A stretch of DNA of 64,000 nt from assembly GCA_018883805.1 (NCBI GenBank), contig JAHLFK010000007.1:2448-66447 (forward strand), read 5' to 3'. The translations under genes and the position numbers were made by a program. Shown here piece by piece: positions 19,763 through 29,161 of the stretch; position 1 is the stretch's first letter; each line of letters opens with the position of its first letter. This DNA comes from Candidatus Limosilactobacillus merdavium (GTDB lineage Bacteria > Bacillota > Bacilli > Lactobacillales > Lactobacillaceae). A model generated the notes under the pieces. That model worked only from the letters and a program-made list of their open reading frames with translations, had not been told where the DNA came from and searched no databases.

Positions 19763-22015
19763 ATGTATAAGGATTTCTATAAACCACAAAACTATGTCAA
19801 TCGGGAACTTAGTTGGATTGACTTTAACGGACGGGTACTTCAAGAAGCAACAGATGTTAGTAATCCACTATTAGAGCGGGCCAATTTCTTGGGAATTACC
19901 CAAAGTAACGTTGATGAATTCTTCATGGTTCGGGTAGCCTCACTCCATAAATTAGCAGCTGCCAACGTAACAACTACTGATGCGTCAGGGATGACTCCTG
20001 AAGAGCAATTAACGGCTGTTAACAAAAAAGAACATGAAATGGTTAAGGAACGATATGAGGTTTATAACCAACAAATCATTCCTGATTTAAAACACCAAAA
20101 TATTAATATTCTTCACTTGGCAGATTTGGACGATCGGCAAAAGGAATTTATTCGCCGGTACTTTAGTGATGAATTAATGCCAGTGTTAACCCCGATGGCA
20201 GATGATACATCACGCCCATTCCCATTCATTGCCAACAACTCACTAAACATTGCCATTCAATTGCGACGTGATCCAAAGCAAAAGAAGGAAGTCCAAGAAC
20301 AGGAAATTCTTGAGGGTGATCAGGAAGTTAAGAGTCGGCAATTGGAGCCCCATGATGATAGTCGTGAATCAGATATTAAATTTGCAACTGTGCGGGTACC
20401 ATCAATTTACAAGCGTCTTGTTCGGTTGCCAGGAGAAAATAACTTTATCTTGATTGATGAAGTAATTAAACGCTTCTTAGCGCAATTATTCCCAGGCTAC
20501 CAAATCCTCGCAACTGCAACCTACCGGGTAATGCGGGATATGGACTTGGATGTCGCTGAAGAAGATACTTCTGACTTACTACGGGCAGTGAAACACCAGT
20601 TACGTGAACGGGAACATGGTGAAGTAATGCGGTTGGAAGTTGAAAATTCGATTGATGAATGGTTGGAAGATCAACTGATTGATAATTTGCACGTTAACGA
20701 AAGAACTATTTACCGGGTAAATGGTCCAGTTGATTTGACATTCTTGAAGAAACTATCAGGGATGGTTGACGGGCATGATGATCTTCGTTTCCCACCATTC
20801 CATGCCTACCAAAACCCTGACTTAGATATGGAACATAATATTTTTGCTGCAATTCGTAAGCATGACTACTTAATGCAACACCCATATGACAGTTTCCAAT
20901 CAGTGGTTAACTTCATCCACCAAGCAGCACTTGATCCACAAGTATTAGCAATTAAGATGACTCTTTATCGGGTATCAGGTAATTCACCAATTATTAAGTA
21001 CTTGGGGATGGCCGCTCAGCGCGGAAAACAGGTTACTGTGCTGGTTGAAGTTAAGGCGCGGTTTGATGAACAAAATAACGTTCGTTGGGCCCAACGACTA
21101 GAACAAATGGGCTGTCACGTAATTTATGGGTTAGTTGGTTTGAAGACGCACTGTAAGATTGCCTTAGTTATTCGTCGAGATGAAGATGGCTTACGGCGGT
21201 ACATGCACTTAGGGACCGGTAACTACAATGATGTTACGGCTCACTTCTACACTGATATGGGATTGTTGACTTGTGACCAAGAAATTGGGATGGATATGAC
21301 GAACCTCTTCAACATGCTATCTGGGTTTGCCCGTCCACCATACTTCAATAAGTTACGGGTTTCTCCAAACGGTATTCGGAACTTCATCAACCAAAAGATT
21401 GATCAGCAAATTGAAATTGCCGAGAGTGGTAATCCAGCATTAATCCGGATGAAAATGAATTCCCTATCGGATAAGCAAATCATTGCGCACCTTTATGATG
21501 CAGCAGCAAAGGGTGTTAAAATCCAATTACTGATTCGGGGAATTACCTGCTTACGGAATGATTTACCAGAACTTCATGGAAACATTGAAGTTCATTCGAT
21601 CGTTGGCCGGTTCCTTGAGCACTCACGGATTTATTACTTTAAGGGTAATGGTAATGAAGAAATCTACCTTGCTAGTGCTGATATGATGACACGGAACCTT
21701 AATCGGCGGGTTGAAGAGCTTTTCCCAGTTGAACAAGCTGATACCAAGGCTAAGGCAATTTCAATCTTTGATGACATGTGGAAGGATAACGTAAAGGCGC
21801 GGATCCTAGTTGGTGATCATTATGAACGGATCGATAATGAAGGAGAAGAACCATTCAACGCCCAAGAATTCTTTGTTCAACAAGCAACTGTTGAAAATAA
21901 ACATACCAAGCGTCAAGAAAAGTCAAAGCGTCATTTTTCAAATGTTTTTGAGACGTTAAGTCGCCATGTTTCCAACTTACATTTAGATTCACGGAAGGAT
22001 GACCATCATGAGTAA
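19763..22015 (+). CDS. ppk1: Polyphosphate kinase 1
   Basis: NRELSW, DEFFMVRVA, HPYDSF, LKTHCK, GRFLEHSR. Confidence 0.97.
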   Translation: MYKDFYKPQNYVNRELSWIDFNGRVLQEATDVSNPLLERANFLGITQSNVDEFFMVRVASLHKLAAANVTTTDASGMTPEEQLTAVNKKEHEMVKERYEVYNQQIIPDLKHQNINILHLADLDDRQKEFIRRYFSDELMPVLTPMADDTSRPFPFIANNSLNIAIQLRRDPKQKKEVQEQEILEGDQEVKSRQLEPHDDSRESDIKFATVRVPSIYKRLVRLPGENNFILIDEVIKRFLAQLFPGYQILATATYRVMRDMDLDVAEEDTSDLLRAVKHQLREREHGEVMRLEVENSIDEWLEDQLIDNLHVNERTIYRVNGPVDLTFLKKLSGMVDGHDDLRFPPFHAYQNPDLDMEHNIFAAIRKHDYLMQHPYDSFQSVVNFIHQAALDPQVLAIKMTLYRVSGNSPIIKYLGMAAQRGKQVTVLVEVKARFDEQNNVRWAQRLEQMGCHVIYGLVGLKTHCKIALVIRRDEDGLRRYMHLGTGNYNDVTAHFYTDMGLLTCDQEIGMDMTNLFNMLSGFARPPYFNKLRVSPNGIRNFINQKIDQQIEIAESGNPALIRMKMNSLSDKQIIAHLYDAAAKGVKIQLLIRGITCLRNDLPELHGNIEVHSIVGRFLEHSRIYYFKGNGNEEIYLASADMMTRNLNRRVEELFPVEQADTKAKAISIFDDMWKDNVKARILVGDHYERIDNEGEEPFNAQEFFVQQATVENKHTKRQEKSKRHFSNVFETLSRHVSNLHLDSRKDDHHE

Positions 22016-22973
22016 GTCATCGCAGTACCTGGCTGTAATTGATTTAGGTTCAAATTCAGTTCGCTTAAAAATTGATCAGATTGAATTAGATGGTTCATAT
22101 CAGACCAAAGTTTATGAAAAACGGTATGTCCGACTTTCATCTAATATGGGACCGGAAAAGATTCTCCAACCAGAACCAATAGAACGAACAATTAAAGCCT
22201 TAAGCGAGTTTCGGGAGATTTGTGACCAATACAAGAAACTAAAAATCTTGGCAGTTGCTACTGCAGCAACTCGGCAGGCACAGAATCAAGCAGCTTTCTT
22301 GAAACAAGTAAAAGAACGGACTGGCTTTGTAATTCACGTAATCTCTGGAGAACAGGAAGCTTACCTCGACTACATTGGAGTAAGTCGAACACTAGCGATT
22401 AATGATGGAGCAATTCTGGACACTGGTGGCGCAAGTATGGAGATTATCCTTGTTAAGGATGGTCAGGCAGAAGAAGTTATTAGTATTCCGCTTGGCTCTG
22501 TCTTGCTCTCCCAACGTTATAACTTAGGCGATCGAATTGAGGCTTCTGATCTTTTCAACGCGATTGTCAAAGTTGATCAGGTTCTCAGTAAAGAGAATTG
22601 GCTTAACCGTGTTCGTCATGGTGAAATTGTTGCCCTTGGTGGTTGTAATCGGGCTTTAGCCAAAGTGTACCGGTGGCAACAGGCAGCCAACTCTAATCGG
22701 GTTGCACCGGTTCATGGGTTAATGATGGATCAGGATGATGCCTTTGCTATCATGCAACAACTTCTCAGGAGTAGTAAGAGTGAACGAGCAAGTATCCGGG
22801 GAGTGAATAAGGAACGAGCTGATGTGATTGTTGGTGGTTTGTTACCATTAATGTCGATTATTCGTCAGCAACAGATCCAACAAATCCAATTTAGTGATAG
22901 TGGCCTCCGTGAAGGATTGCTATTCCGCTATTTAGAGCACGAGACTAGTTTGGAAAACTTAACCACCTTGTAA
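22008..22973 (+). CDS. ppx: Exopolyphosphatase (short Ppx/GppA family)
   Basis: IDLGSNS, ATAATR, SGEQEA, DTGGAS and GLREG intact. Confidence 0.92.
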   Translation: MSKSSQYLAVIDLGSNSVRLKIDQIELDGSYQTKVYEKRYVRLSSNMGPEKILQPEPIERTIKALSEFREICDQYKKLKILAVATAATRQAQNQAAFLKQVKERTGFVIHVISGEQEAYLDYIGVSRTLAINDGAILDTGGASMEIILVKDGQAEEVISIPLGSVLLSQRYNLGDRIEASDLFNAIVKVDQVLSKENWLNRVRHGEIVALGGCNRALAKVYRWQQAANSNRVAPVHGLMMDQDDAFAIMQQLLRSSKSERASIRGVNKERADVIVGGLLPLMSIIRQQQIQQIQFSDSGLREGLLFRYLEHETSLENLTTL

Positions 22974-22985
22974 TCGGTTGCAAAA

Positions 22986-23040
22986 TTTACTAAACTTTTA
23001 CTGAATTTTACTAAACGACGTAATTTAAAAGTGCTACAAT
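22986..23040 (+). promoter_or_regulatory. galE promoter with three TTTACTAAA-type (GalR-like) boxes
   Basis: TTTACTAAA (22986), TTTACTGAA (22997), TTTACTAAA (23007); extended -10 TGcTACAAT at 23032-23040. Confidence 0.6.
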
Positions 23041-23108
23041 CATATTTGAACAAGGAATTAATAGACAGTCTGGTGTTAGCAGATGTTGTCGTATAAGGAG
23101 GAAACAAC

Positions 23109-24104
23109 ATGGCAATTTTAGTTGCTGGTGGTGCCGGTTATATCGGTTCACACATGGTTAAAGACTTAGTTGAACATGGCCAAGATGTTGTAGTTGCTGA
23201 TAACCTTTCTACAGGTCACCGTGACGCAATTAACCCTAAGGCTAAATTTTACGAAGGGGATATCCGTGATCGGAAGTTCTTGGACAAGATTTTTGATAAT
23301 GAAGATATTGAAGCGGTTGTTCACTTTGCTGCCTTTTCAATTGTCCCAGAATCAATGAGCAAGCCTTTGAAGTACTTTGACAACAATACTGGTGGGATGA
23401 TCACTTTGCTTGAAGCAATGCGTGATCACAACATTAAGTACATTGTCTTTAGTTCTACTGCAGCTACTTATGGTGTTCCAGAACACATGCCAATTAAGGA
23501 AACTGATCCACAAAACCCAATTAACCCATACGGATTAAGTAAGTTAATGATGGAAAAGATGATGCACTGGGCTGATAAGGCATACGGCATCAAGTTTGTT
23601 GCTCTTCGTTACTTCAATGTTGCTGGTGCTGCTCCAGATGGCACAATCGGTGAAGACCACGGTCCTGAAACTCACTTGGTTCCAATTATCTTACAAGTTG
23701 CTCAAGGTAAGCGGAAGGAATTGAGTATCTTCGGTGATGACTACAACACTCCAGATGGTACCAATGTTCGTGACTATGTTCATGTTATGGACTTAGCTGA
23801 TGCTCATATCTTAGCAATTAAGTACCTTGAAGCTGGTAATGAAAGTAACGCCTTCAACCTTGGTTCCTCAACTGGTTTCTCAAACAAGCAAATGCTTGAA
23901 GCAGCACGTGAAGTTACTGGTAAGCCAATTCCAGCTAAGATTGCTCCACGTCGTCCAGGAGACCCTGATTCATTAGTTGCTGCTAGTGACAAGGCCCGGA
24001 ACGTTCTTGGATGGGATCCTAAGTATGATGATGTTCACGATATCATTGCTACTGCATGGAAGTGGCACTCAACCCATCCAAAGGGTTACGATGATCGCGA
24101 TTAA
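23109..24104 (+). CDS. galE: UDP-glucose 4-epimerase
   Basis: [29 protein letters not shown]. Confidence 0.97.
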   Translation: MAILVAGGAGYIGSHMVKDLVEHGQDVVVADNLSTGHRDAINPKAKFYEGDIRDRKFLDKIFDNEDIEAVVHFAAFSIVPESMSKPLKYFDNNTGGMITLLEAMRDHNIKYIVFSSTAATYGVPEHMPIKETDPQNPINPYGLSKLMMEKMMHWADKAYGIKFVALRYFNVAGAAPDGTIGEDHGPETHLVPIILQVAQGKRKELSIFGDDYNTPDGTNVRDYVHVMDLADAHILAIKYLEAGNESNAFNLGSSTGFSNKQMLEAAREVTGKPIPAKIAPRRPGDPDSLVAASDKARNVLGWDPKYDDVHDIIATAWKWHSTHPKGYDDRD

Positions 24105-24138
24105 TTCCCAAAACAATCATAATAATAAACCTTCAAAT

Positions 24139-24260
24139 AGTGCGACAGAATTAATTTCCTAATTTATTTGTCGAGCTGCAAAAAATGATCGAAGAGGTCA
24201 CTGACATTCAATGATTGGATGCTGGTGACCTCTCGTTATTTTATTAGGAAGTTCAGTCTA
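24139..24260 (+). repeat. Degenerate structured intergenic repeat (related to 26679-26828); may also terminate galE
   Basis: Starts AGTGCGACAGAA; long hairpin GAGGTCAC..CATTCAAT-g-ATTGGATG..GTGACCTC; AGTCTA downstream. Confidence 0.5.
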
Positions 24261-24346
24261 ATTTTCTGAAACTAGATAAGGCAAAATTAACGCAAAAAAG
24301 TGTTGGTATGATAAAATGTTAATTGATTGAAAGGATGATCGAAAAA

Positions 24347-25072
24347 ATGAAAATACTTGCCATTGATACATCGAACCATCCAATGAGTGTTGCGGTAGTT
24401 GAAGACGATCAGCTACTTGCAACCGAAACATTGAACATGGTACGAAATCATAGTATTTATTTAATGCCAGCCATTGATAAGTTGTTTAAGTTAGTAAAAT
24501 GGGAACCAGAAGATGTTGATCGGATTGTAGTCGCACAAGGTCCAGGATCTTATACTGGTATTCGGATTGCTGTTTCAACTGCAAAAGTATTGGCAGATAC
24601 AATGAACAAGGAATTAGTTGGAATCTCCAGCTTAGAGGTTCTAGCACGGAATATTGTTCCAACGACGAAAGAATTAATTGTGCCATTTTTTGATGCTCGT
24701 CGGGGAAACGTCTTTGCCGGTGCTTACCAATGGCAAGACGGTAAACTGGTTAATAAGATTGCTGATCAGCATTTAGGAATGAAGGGACTTCTCGAACAAT
24801 TAGCAGAATTAAAGCAACCAGTTCTGTTAGTTGGTCATTTGACTGATCGAATTAAGAAGGCAATGGGATCGATGCCTGAAAATGTTGAACTGGCACCACG
24901 TCCGTTTGCTATTCCTTCAACTTATCAATTAGCAATTGCTGGGGAAAATGCACCAGTGGTTAAGGATATTGACTCAATGGTTCCTCATTACTTACGAATT
25001 ACTGAGGCAGAAGCTAACTGGCAAAAGCTTCATCCAGGTGAAACTAGGCAAAATTATGTTTGCGAAGTTTAA
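24347..25072 (+). CDS. tsaB: t6A biosynthesis protein TsaB
   Basis: ILAIDTS, GPGSYTGIRI, DARRGNVF. Confidence 0.96.
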   Translation: MKILAIDTSNHPMSVAVVEDDQLLATETLNMVRNHSIYLMPAIDKLFKLVKWEPEDVDRIVVAQGPGSYTGIRIAVSTAKVLADTMNKELVGISSLEVLARNIVPTTKELIVPFFDARRGNVFAGAYQWQDGKLVNKIADQHLGMKGLLEQLAELKQPVLLVGHLTDRIKKAMGSMPENVELAPRPFAIPSTYQLAIAGENAPVVKDIDSMVPHYLRITEAEANWQKLHPGETRQNYVCEV

Positions 25073-25616
25073 GGCTTGGTTATCTCATAACCAGCATGAA
25101 GAAAAGCTGACATATCAACAGCAAGTAACTTTAATTAATGGTCGACAATTTGTAGTTCGGCAAGCAGCATTTTCTGATATTTCTTCAATTGTTAAAATTG
25201 AAGAACTCATTTATGGGGTTGCCCCATGGAATGCCAGTTCTTTTCAAATTGAGTTAGAGAGGAAGTATGATCGACTGTATCTCGTTGTTGTCTATGATGG
25301 CCAATTGGTTGGTTATGCTGGTTGTTCGTTTAACCGGTATAAGCATGAAAGTCACATTACTAATATTGGTGTGAGCCCAGCTTATCAAGGGCAAGGAATC
25401 GGTACTAAGCTAATTGAAACATTAAAGAATTACTCCAGCCAACGAGGGTATTCGCAAATGACTCTGGAAGTTCGTGTTCATAATCTTCGTGCGCGAAAAC
25501 TTTACGAGCGCTTAGGATTTTATCAAGTAAAAATTAAACCACATTACTACATTGATGATCGCGAGGATGCGATTGAAATGGAAGCTAAATTGCAAGGTAA
25601 AGGGGAAAGTAATTAG
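25056..25616 (+). CDS. rimI: Ribosomal protein S18 alanine N-acetyltransferase
   Basis: GNAT motifs HITNIGV, QGQGIG, TLEVR..N..A..LY, YY.D.EDA; located between tsaB and tsaD. Confidence 0.9.
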   Translation: MFAKFKAWLSHNQHEEKLTYQQQVTLINGRQFVVRQAAFSDISSIVKIEELIYGVAPWNASSFQIELERKYDRLYLVVVYDGQLVGYAGCSFNRYKHESHITNIGVSPAYQGQGIGTKLIETLKNYSSQRGYSQMTLEVRVHNLRARKLYERLGFYQVKIKPHYYIDDREDAIEMEAKLQGKGESN

Positions 25617-25618
25617 TT

Positions 25619-26647
25619 ATGACGGAAAAAACACTAATTTTGGCGTTTGAAACTAGCTGTGACGAAACCAGTGTTGCAGTAGTGGAAAATGGTACCAAAA
25701 TTTTGTCAAATATTGTTGCAACCCAGATTGATAGTCACCAACGATTTGGTGGGGTTGTTCCAGAAGTTGCTAGTCGGCATCATATTGAATGGATTACTCG
25801 CTGTACTGATCAGTCTTTGGAAGAAGCTAATGTTTCATACGATGATATTGCAGCAGTAGCCGTTACTTACGGTCCCGGACTTGTTGGCTCACTGTTAATT
25901 GGTGTCACTGCCGCAAAGGCAATTGCGTGGGCTCATCATTTACCATTAGTACCAGTAAACCATATGACGGGACACCTATATGCTGCACGGTATGTTGGTG
26001 AATTTAAGTACCCACAGATGGCATTGCTAGTTTCAGGTGGTCATACTGAATTAGTCTACATGAAGTCAGAGCATGAATTCGAAATTATCGGTGAGACTCG
26101 TGATGATGCAGCAGGTGAAGCCTATGACAAAATTGGTCGAGTTCTCGGGGTAAATTATCCAGCTGGTAAAACCATTGATGAGTGGGCAGCAAAGGGTGAA
26201 GATACCTTTAAATTCCCTCGAGCAATGGAAAAGGAAGCTAATTATGATTTTAGCTTTAGTGGTTTAAAGAGTGCCTTTATCAACACTGTACATAATGCTA
26301 ATCAACGGGGAGAAGAGCTTAATAAATATGATCTAGCTGCTAGTTTCCAACAAAGTGTTGTCGATGTGTTAGCTGAAAAGACAATGCGTGCGCTTGACCG
26401 GTACCCTGTAAAGCAATTAATTCTTGCCGGGGGAGTAGCTGCTAATCACGGTCTGCGTTCACGTTTAGATCATGATATGAAGAAATATCATCCTGACGTT
26501 ACAATGCTTCAAGCACCTCTTAAATTATGTGGCGACAATGCGGCAATGATTGGTGCTGCAGGCTACATGGATTATCAACATGGTGATCGGGCCCAACTCA
26601 ACCTCAATGCAGAACCTGGCTTGATGTTTGAAAGAATGGAAAATTAA
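25619..26647 (+). CDS. tsaD: t6A threonylcarbamoyltransferase
   Basis: [40 protein letters not shown]. Confidence 0.98.
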   Translation: MTEKTLILAFETSCDETSVAVVENGTKILSNIVATQIDSHQRFGGVVPEVASRHHIEWITRCTDQSLEEANVSYDDIAAVAVTYGPGLVGSLLIGVTAAKAIAWAHHLPLVPVNHMTGHLYAARYVGEFKYPQMALLVSGGHTELVYMKSEHEFEIIGETRDDAAGEAYDKIGRVLGVNYPAGKTIDEWAAKGEDTFKFPRAMEKEANYDFSFSGLKSAFINTVHNANQRGEELNKYDLAASFQQSVVDVLAEKTMRALDRYPVKQLILAGGVAANHGLRSRLDHDMKKYHPDVTMLQAPLKLCGDNAAMIGAAGYMDYQHGDRAQLNLNAEPGLMFERMEN

Positions 26648-26678
26648 GGATACTTATTTCGTTAGTATCTATGAAAAA

Positions 26679-26828
26679 GGGAGCGAGACAGAAGTCATTT
26701 TGACTTCGTATTCGAGTCCCCGCGAGCATAAATAGGGCTCCAGCATTCGGAAAATCCGAACGCTGGAGCCCATTTATGTACCGTGCTGTTAACTTTTAGT
26801 CTATATAAGGGAACTTATGTCACATCAC
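26679..26828. mobile_element. About 150-bp non-coding MITE-like palindromic repeat element
   Basis: Imperfect terminal IRs GAGACAGAAGT / ACTTATGTCAC; internal hairpins GAAGTCA-ttt-TGACTTC and CATAAAT(a)GGGCTCCAGC(a)TTCGGA-aaa-TCCGAA(c)GCTGGAGCCCATTTATG; no ORF. Confidence 0.55.
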
Positions 26829-26844
26829 GTTTTTTTATAATCAG

Positions 26845-28086
26845 TTATTTTCTTATTTGTCCATTACCAGTGATTTCATATTTAATGGTTGTTAATTGAC
26901 TCAATCCCATTGGCCCACGTGCATGAAGCTTTTGGGTACTAATCCCGATTTCAGCACCAAAGCCAAACATTCCACCATCAGTGAAACGAGTAGATGCATT
27001 AACGTAAACACAGGCTGAATCAATTTGTTCTTGGAACTGGTGTCCTCGTTGAATGTTGTTAGTAATAATTGATTCAGAATGGTGAGTGCTATGGTTATTG
27101 ATGTGGTCGATGGCGTCATCTAGACTATCGACGACCTTAACGGCCATGATGAGATCATTATATTCAGTATCCCAGTCTTCAGCTGATGCAGGAATCATTT
27201 CTGGAACAACTTGGCATGCAGCTTCATCACCACGTAATTGAACTCCATGTTTCATTAATGCTTTGGCAATAGTAGGCAAGAACTTAGCAGCAATGTTTCG
27301 GTGAATTAAGAGCTTCTCGGCAGCATTGCAGACAGAGGGACGTTGAACTTTAGCATTAACGGTAATTGCAGTGGCCATTTCAAGGTCAGCATCCTGATCA
27401 ATGTAGATATGACAATTACCGGCTCCCGTTTCAATCACTGGGACGGTAGCAGTCTTTACGACTCGTTGAATAAGCCCACGACCACCACGAGGGATTAATA
27501 CATCGATATATTTAGTCAGGTTCATCATTTCCTGAGCACTTTCATGGCTAGGATCATCAACCATCTGAACTGCATCCTCAGGAAGATTAATATCTGCTAG
27601 TGCTTGGCGAAGAACTTTTGCAAGCGCTAAGTTGGTATGCAATGCTTCTTTTCCTCCACGAAGAATAACAGCATTACCGCTCTTAAATGTTAAACCAGTT
27701 GCATCAGCAGTAACGTTTGGGCGAGCTTCAAAAATGATCCCGATAACGCCAAGTGGAACCCGCCGTTGAATTATTTGGAGACCATCAGCCGTGATCCATC
27801 CCTTATCAATTTGAGCAGTTGGATCAGCTAATTGGGCAATTGAGCGGAGACCATTTGCCATGTCAGTTATCCGTTGTTTATTTAGCATTAACCGATCAAT
27901 AAACTTCTTTGGCATCTCTGTTGCTTGAGCAAGATCAAACTTATTTGCTGCAATAATCTCATCTTGATTATTAACCAATGCATCGGCCATTGCTTGGAGA
28001 CCTTTGTTTTTAGTAGCAGTGTCAAGAATTGCTAATTTACGTGCCGCAATTTTAGCCTTTTCACCGATTTGATTGAGTGATGTCAT
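26845..28086 (-). CDS. proA: Gamma-glutamyl phosphate reductase
   Basis: VPLGVIGIIFEARPNVT, QRPSVCNA, NASTRFTDG, GAEIGISTQKLHARGPMG. Confidence 0.98.
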   Translation of the reverse strand: MTSLNQIGEKAKIAARKLAILDTATKNKGLQAMADALVNNQDEIIAANKFDLAQATEMPKKFIDRLMLNKQRITDMANGLRSIAQLADPTAQIDKGWITADGLQIIQRRVPLGVIGIIFEARPNVTADATGLTFKSGNAVILRGGKEALHTNLALAKVLRQALADINLPEDAVQMVDDPSHESAQEMMNLTKYIDVLIPRGGRGLIQRVVKTATVPVIETGAGNCHIYIDQDADLEMATAITVNAKVQRPSVCNAAEKLLIHRNIAAKFLPTIAKALMKHGVQLRGDEAACQVVPEMIPASAEDWDTEYNDLIMAVKVVDSLDDAIDHINNHSTHHSESIITNNIQRGHQFQEQIDSACVYVNASTRFTDGGMFGFGAEIGISTQKLHARGPMGLSQLTTIKYEITGNGQIRK

Positions 28087-28143
28087 AATAATTCTCTCCT
28101 TTACTTTAGTTTGGTTAAATCGTCTGCTTGAAACAGGAAGCTA

Positions 28144-28926
28144 CTATTTTCCGAATACCGTTCCGATCTGTTCACCGTCAAGAATATTGAAGATGATTTT
28201 TGGATCCCGACCATTGCAGAGAACCATTTTTTGGTTAGCTTTCATAATAGTAGTGGCAGCGCGGAGCTTAGTAACCATTCCGCCAGTACCAAACTTAGTA
28301 CTGCTACCACTAGCAGCTTGCTCTAATTCTGGTGTTACTTCATCAACGTTGTGGATCGGCTTTGCATCGGGATATTTGTGCGGATCCTTATCGTAAAATG
28401 CATCGATATCGGAAAGAACAATTAAAAGATCCGCATTAATTCTAGTTGCTACCTGAGCAGATAATTCATCATTATCACTGAAGGTCGTATGGTGATCCAA
28501 TTCGTCAACGGAAACGGGGTCATTTTCATTAATGATTGGGACTACAGAATCCTTCAGAAGCGTAGTGATCGTATTTAGAATGTGCTGGCGGCTAACAGGA
28601 TATTCCAGGACGTCACGAGTTAATAGTAACTGGCTGACTTTGGTTTGGTAGTCCAAAAAGCGTTGGGAATAAATCCGCATTAATTCGGTTTGACCAATGG
28701 AGGCTAAGGCTTGTTGACGGGCAATTTCAGCGGGTCGTTTTGTTAAACCTAGACTAGCCAGGCCAACACCAATGGCTCCGGAAGAAACAAGCACCATTTC
28801 ATATCCTTGGTGGTTTAAGGTTGCCAAAGTGTAAGCTAAGCGATCGATTGTCCGTAAGTTAACTTGACCATTGGGGTAGATAAGACTACTCGTGCCGACT
28901 TTAACTACTATTCGCTGATTACCCAT
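28144..28926 (-). CDS. proB: Glutamate 5-kinase (no PUA domain)
   Basis: IVVKVGTS, VSSGAIG, INENDPV, SDND, GTGGMVTK. Confidence 0.97.
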   Translation of the reverse strand: MGNQRIVVKVGTSSLIYPNGQVNLRTIDRLAYTLATLNHQGYEMVLVSSGAIGVGLASLGLTKRPAEIARQQALASIGQTELMRIYSQRFLDYQTKVSQLLLTRDVLEYPVSRQHILNTITTLLKDSVVPIINENDPVSVDELDHHTTFSDNDELSAQVATRINADLLIVLSDIDAFYDKDPHKYPDAKPIHNVDEVTPELEQAASGSSTKFGTGGMVTKLRAATTIMKANQKMVLCNGRDPKIIFNILDGEQIGTVFGK

Positions 28927-28943
28927 AATTAACCATCCCTTCT

Positions 28944-29126
28944 AAACAAAAAGCATGCCTAAGTCGAGGCACCAGTCACGGCGTTACCATCCTCGTTCAA
29001 AGACATGCTTTACTCTTTTTAAAAATTTATTTACTTGTTAGTTATTAATGACTAGGATTCAGACATTTCGTTAGCAGCTTTCAGCCGGTGACTGCTAATC
29101 TCTTTACCGTCTTACTATGATCATTT
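28944..29126 (-). ncRNA. T-box riboswitch with Pro (CCU) specifier controlling proBA
   Basis: Stem I AATGA..AGTA..AGAC..AGAGA-TTAGCAG..GCTGA..CTGCTAA..GTCT-GAAT-CCT-A-GTCATT; T-box GAGGATGGTAACGC (28981-28994); terminator GTGCCT-cgactt-AGGCAT-GC-TTTTTGTTT. Confidence 0.9.
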
Positions 29127-29132
29127 GCTTGA

Positions 29133-29161
29133 AGTTTACTTGCTTCTTGAGTAAAAGTCAA
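29133..29161 (-). promoter_or_regulatory. proBA sigma-A promoter
   Basis: TTGACT (overlapping the ABC-F stop codon)-17bp-TAAACT directly before T-box stem I. Confidence 0.75.
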
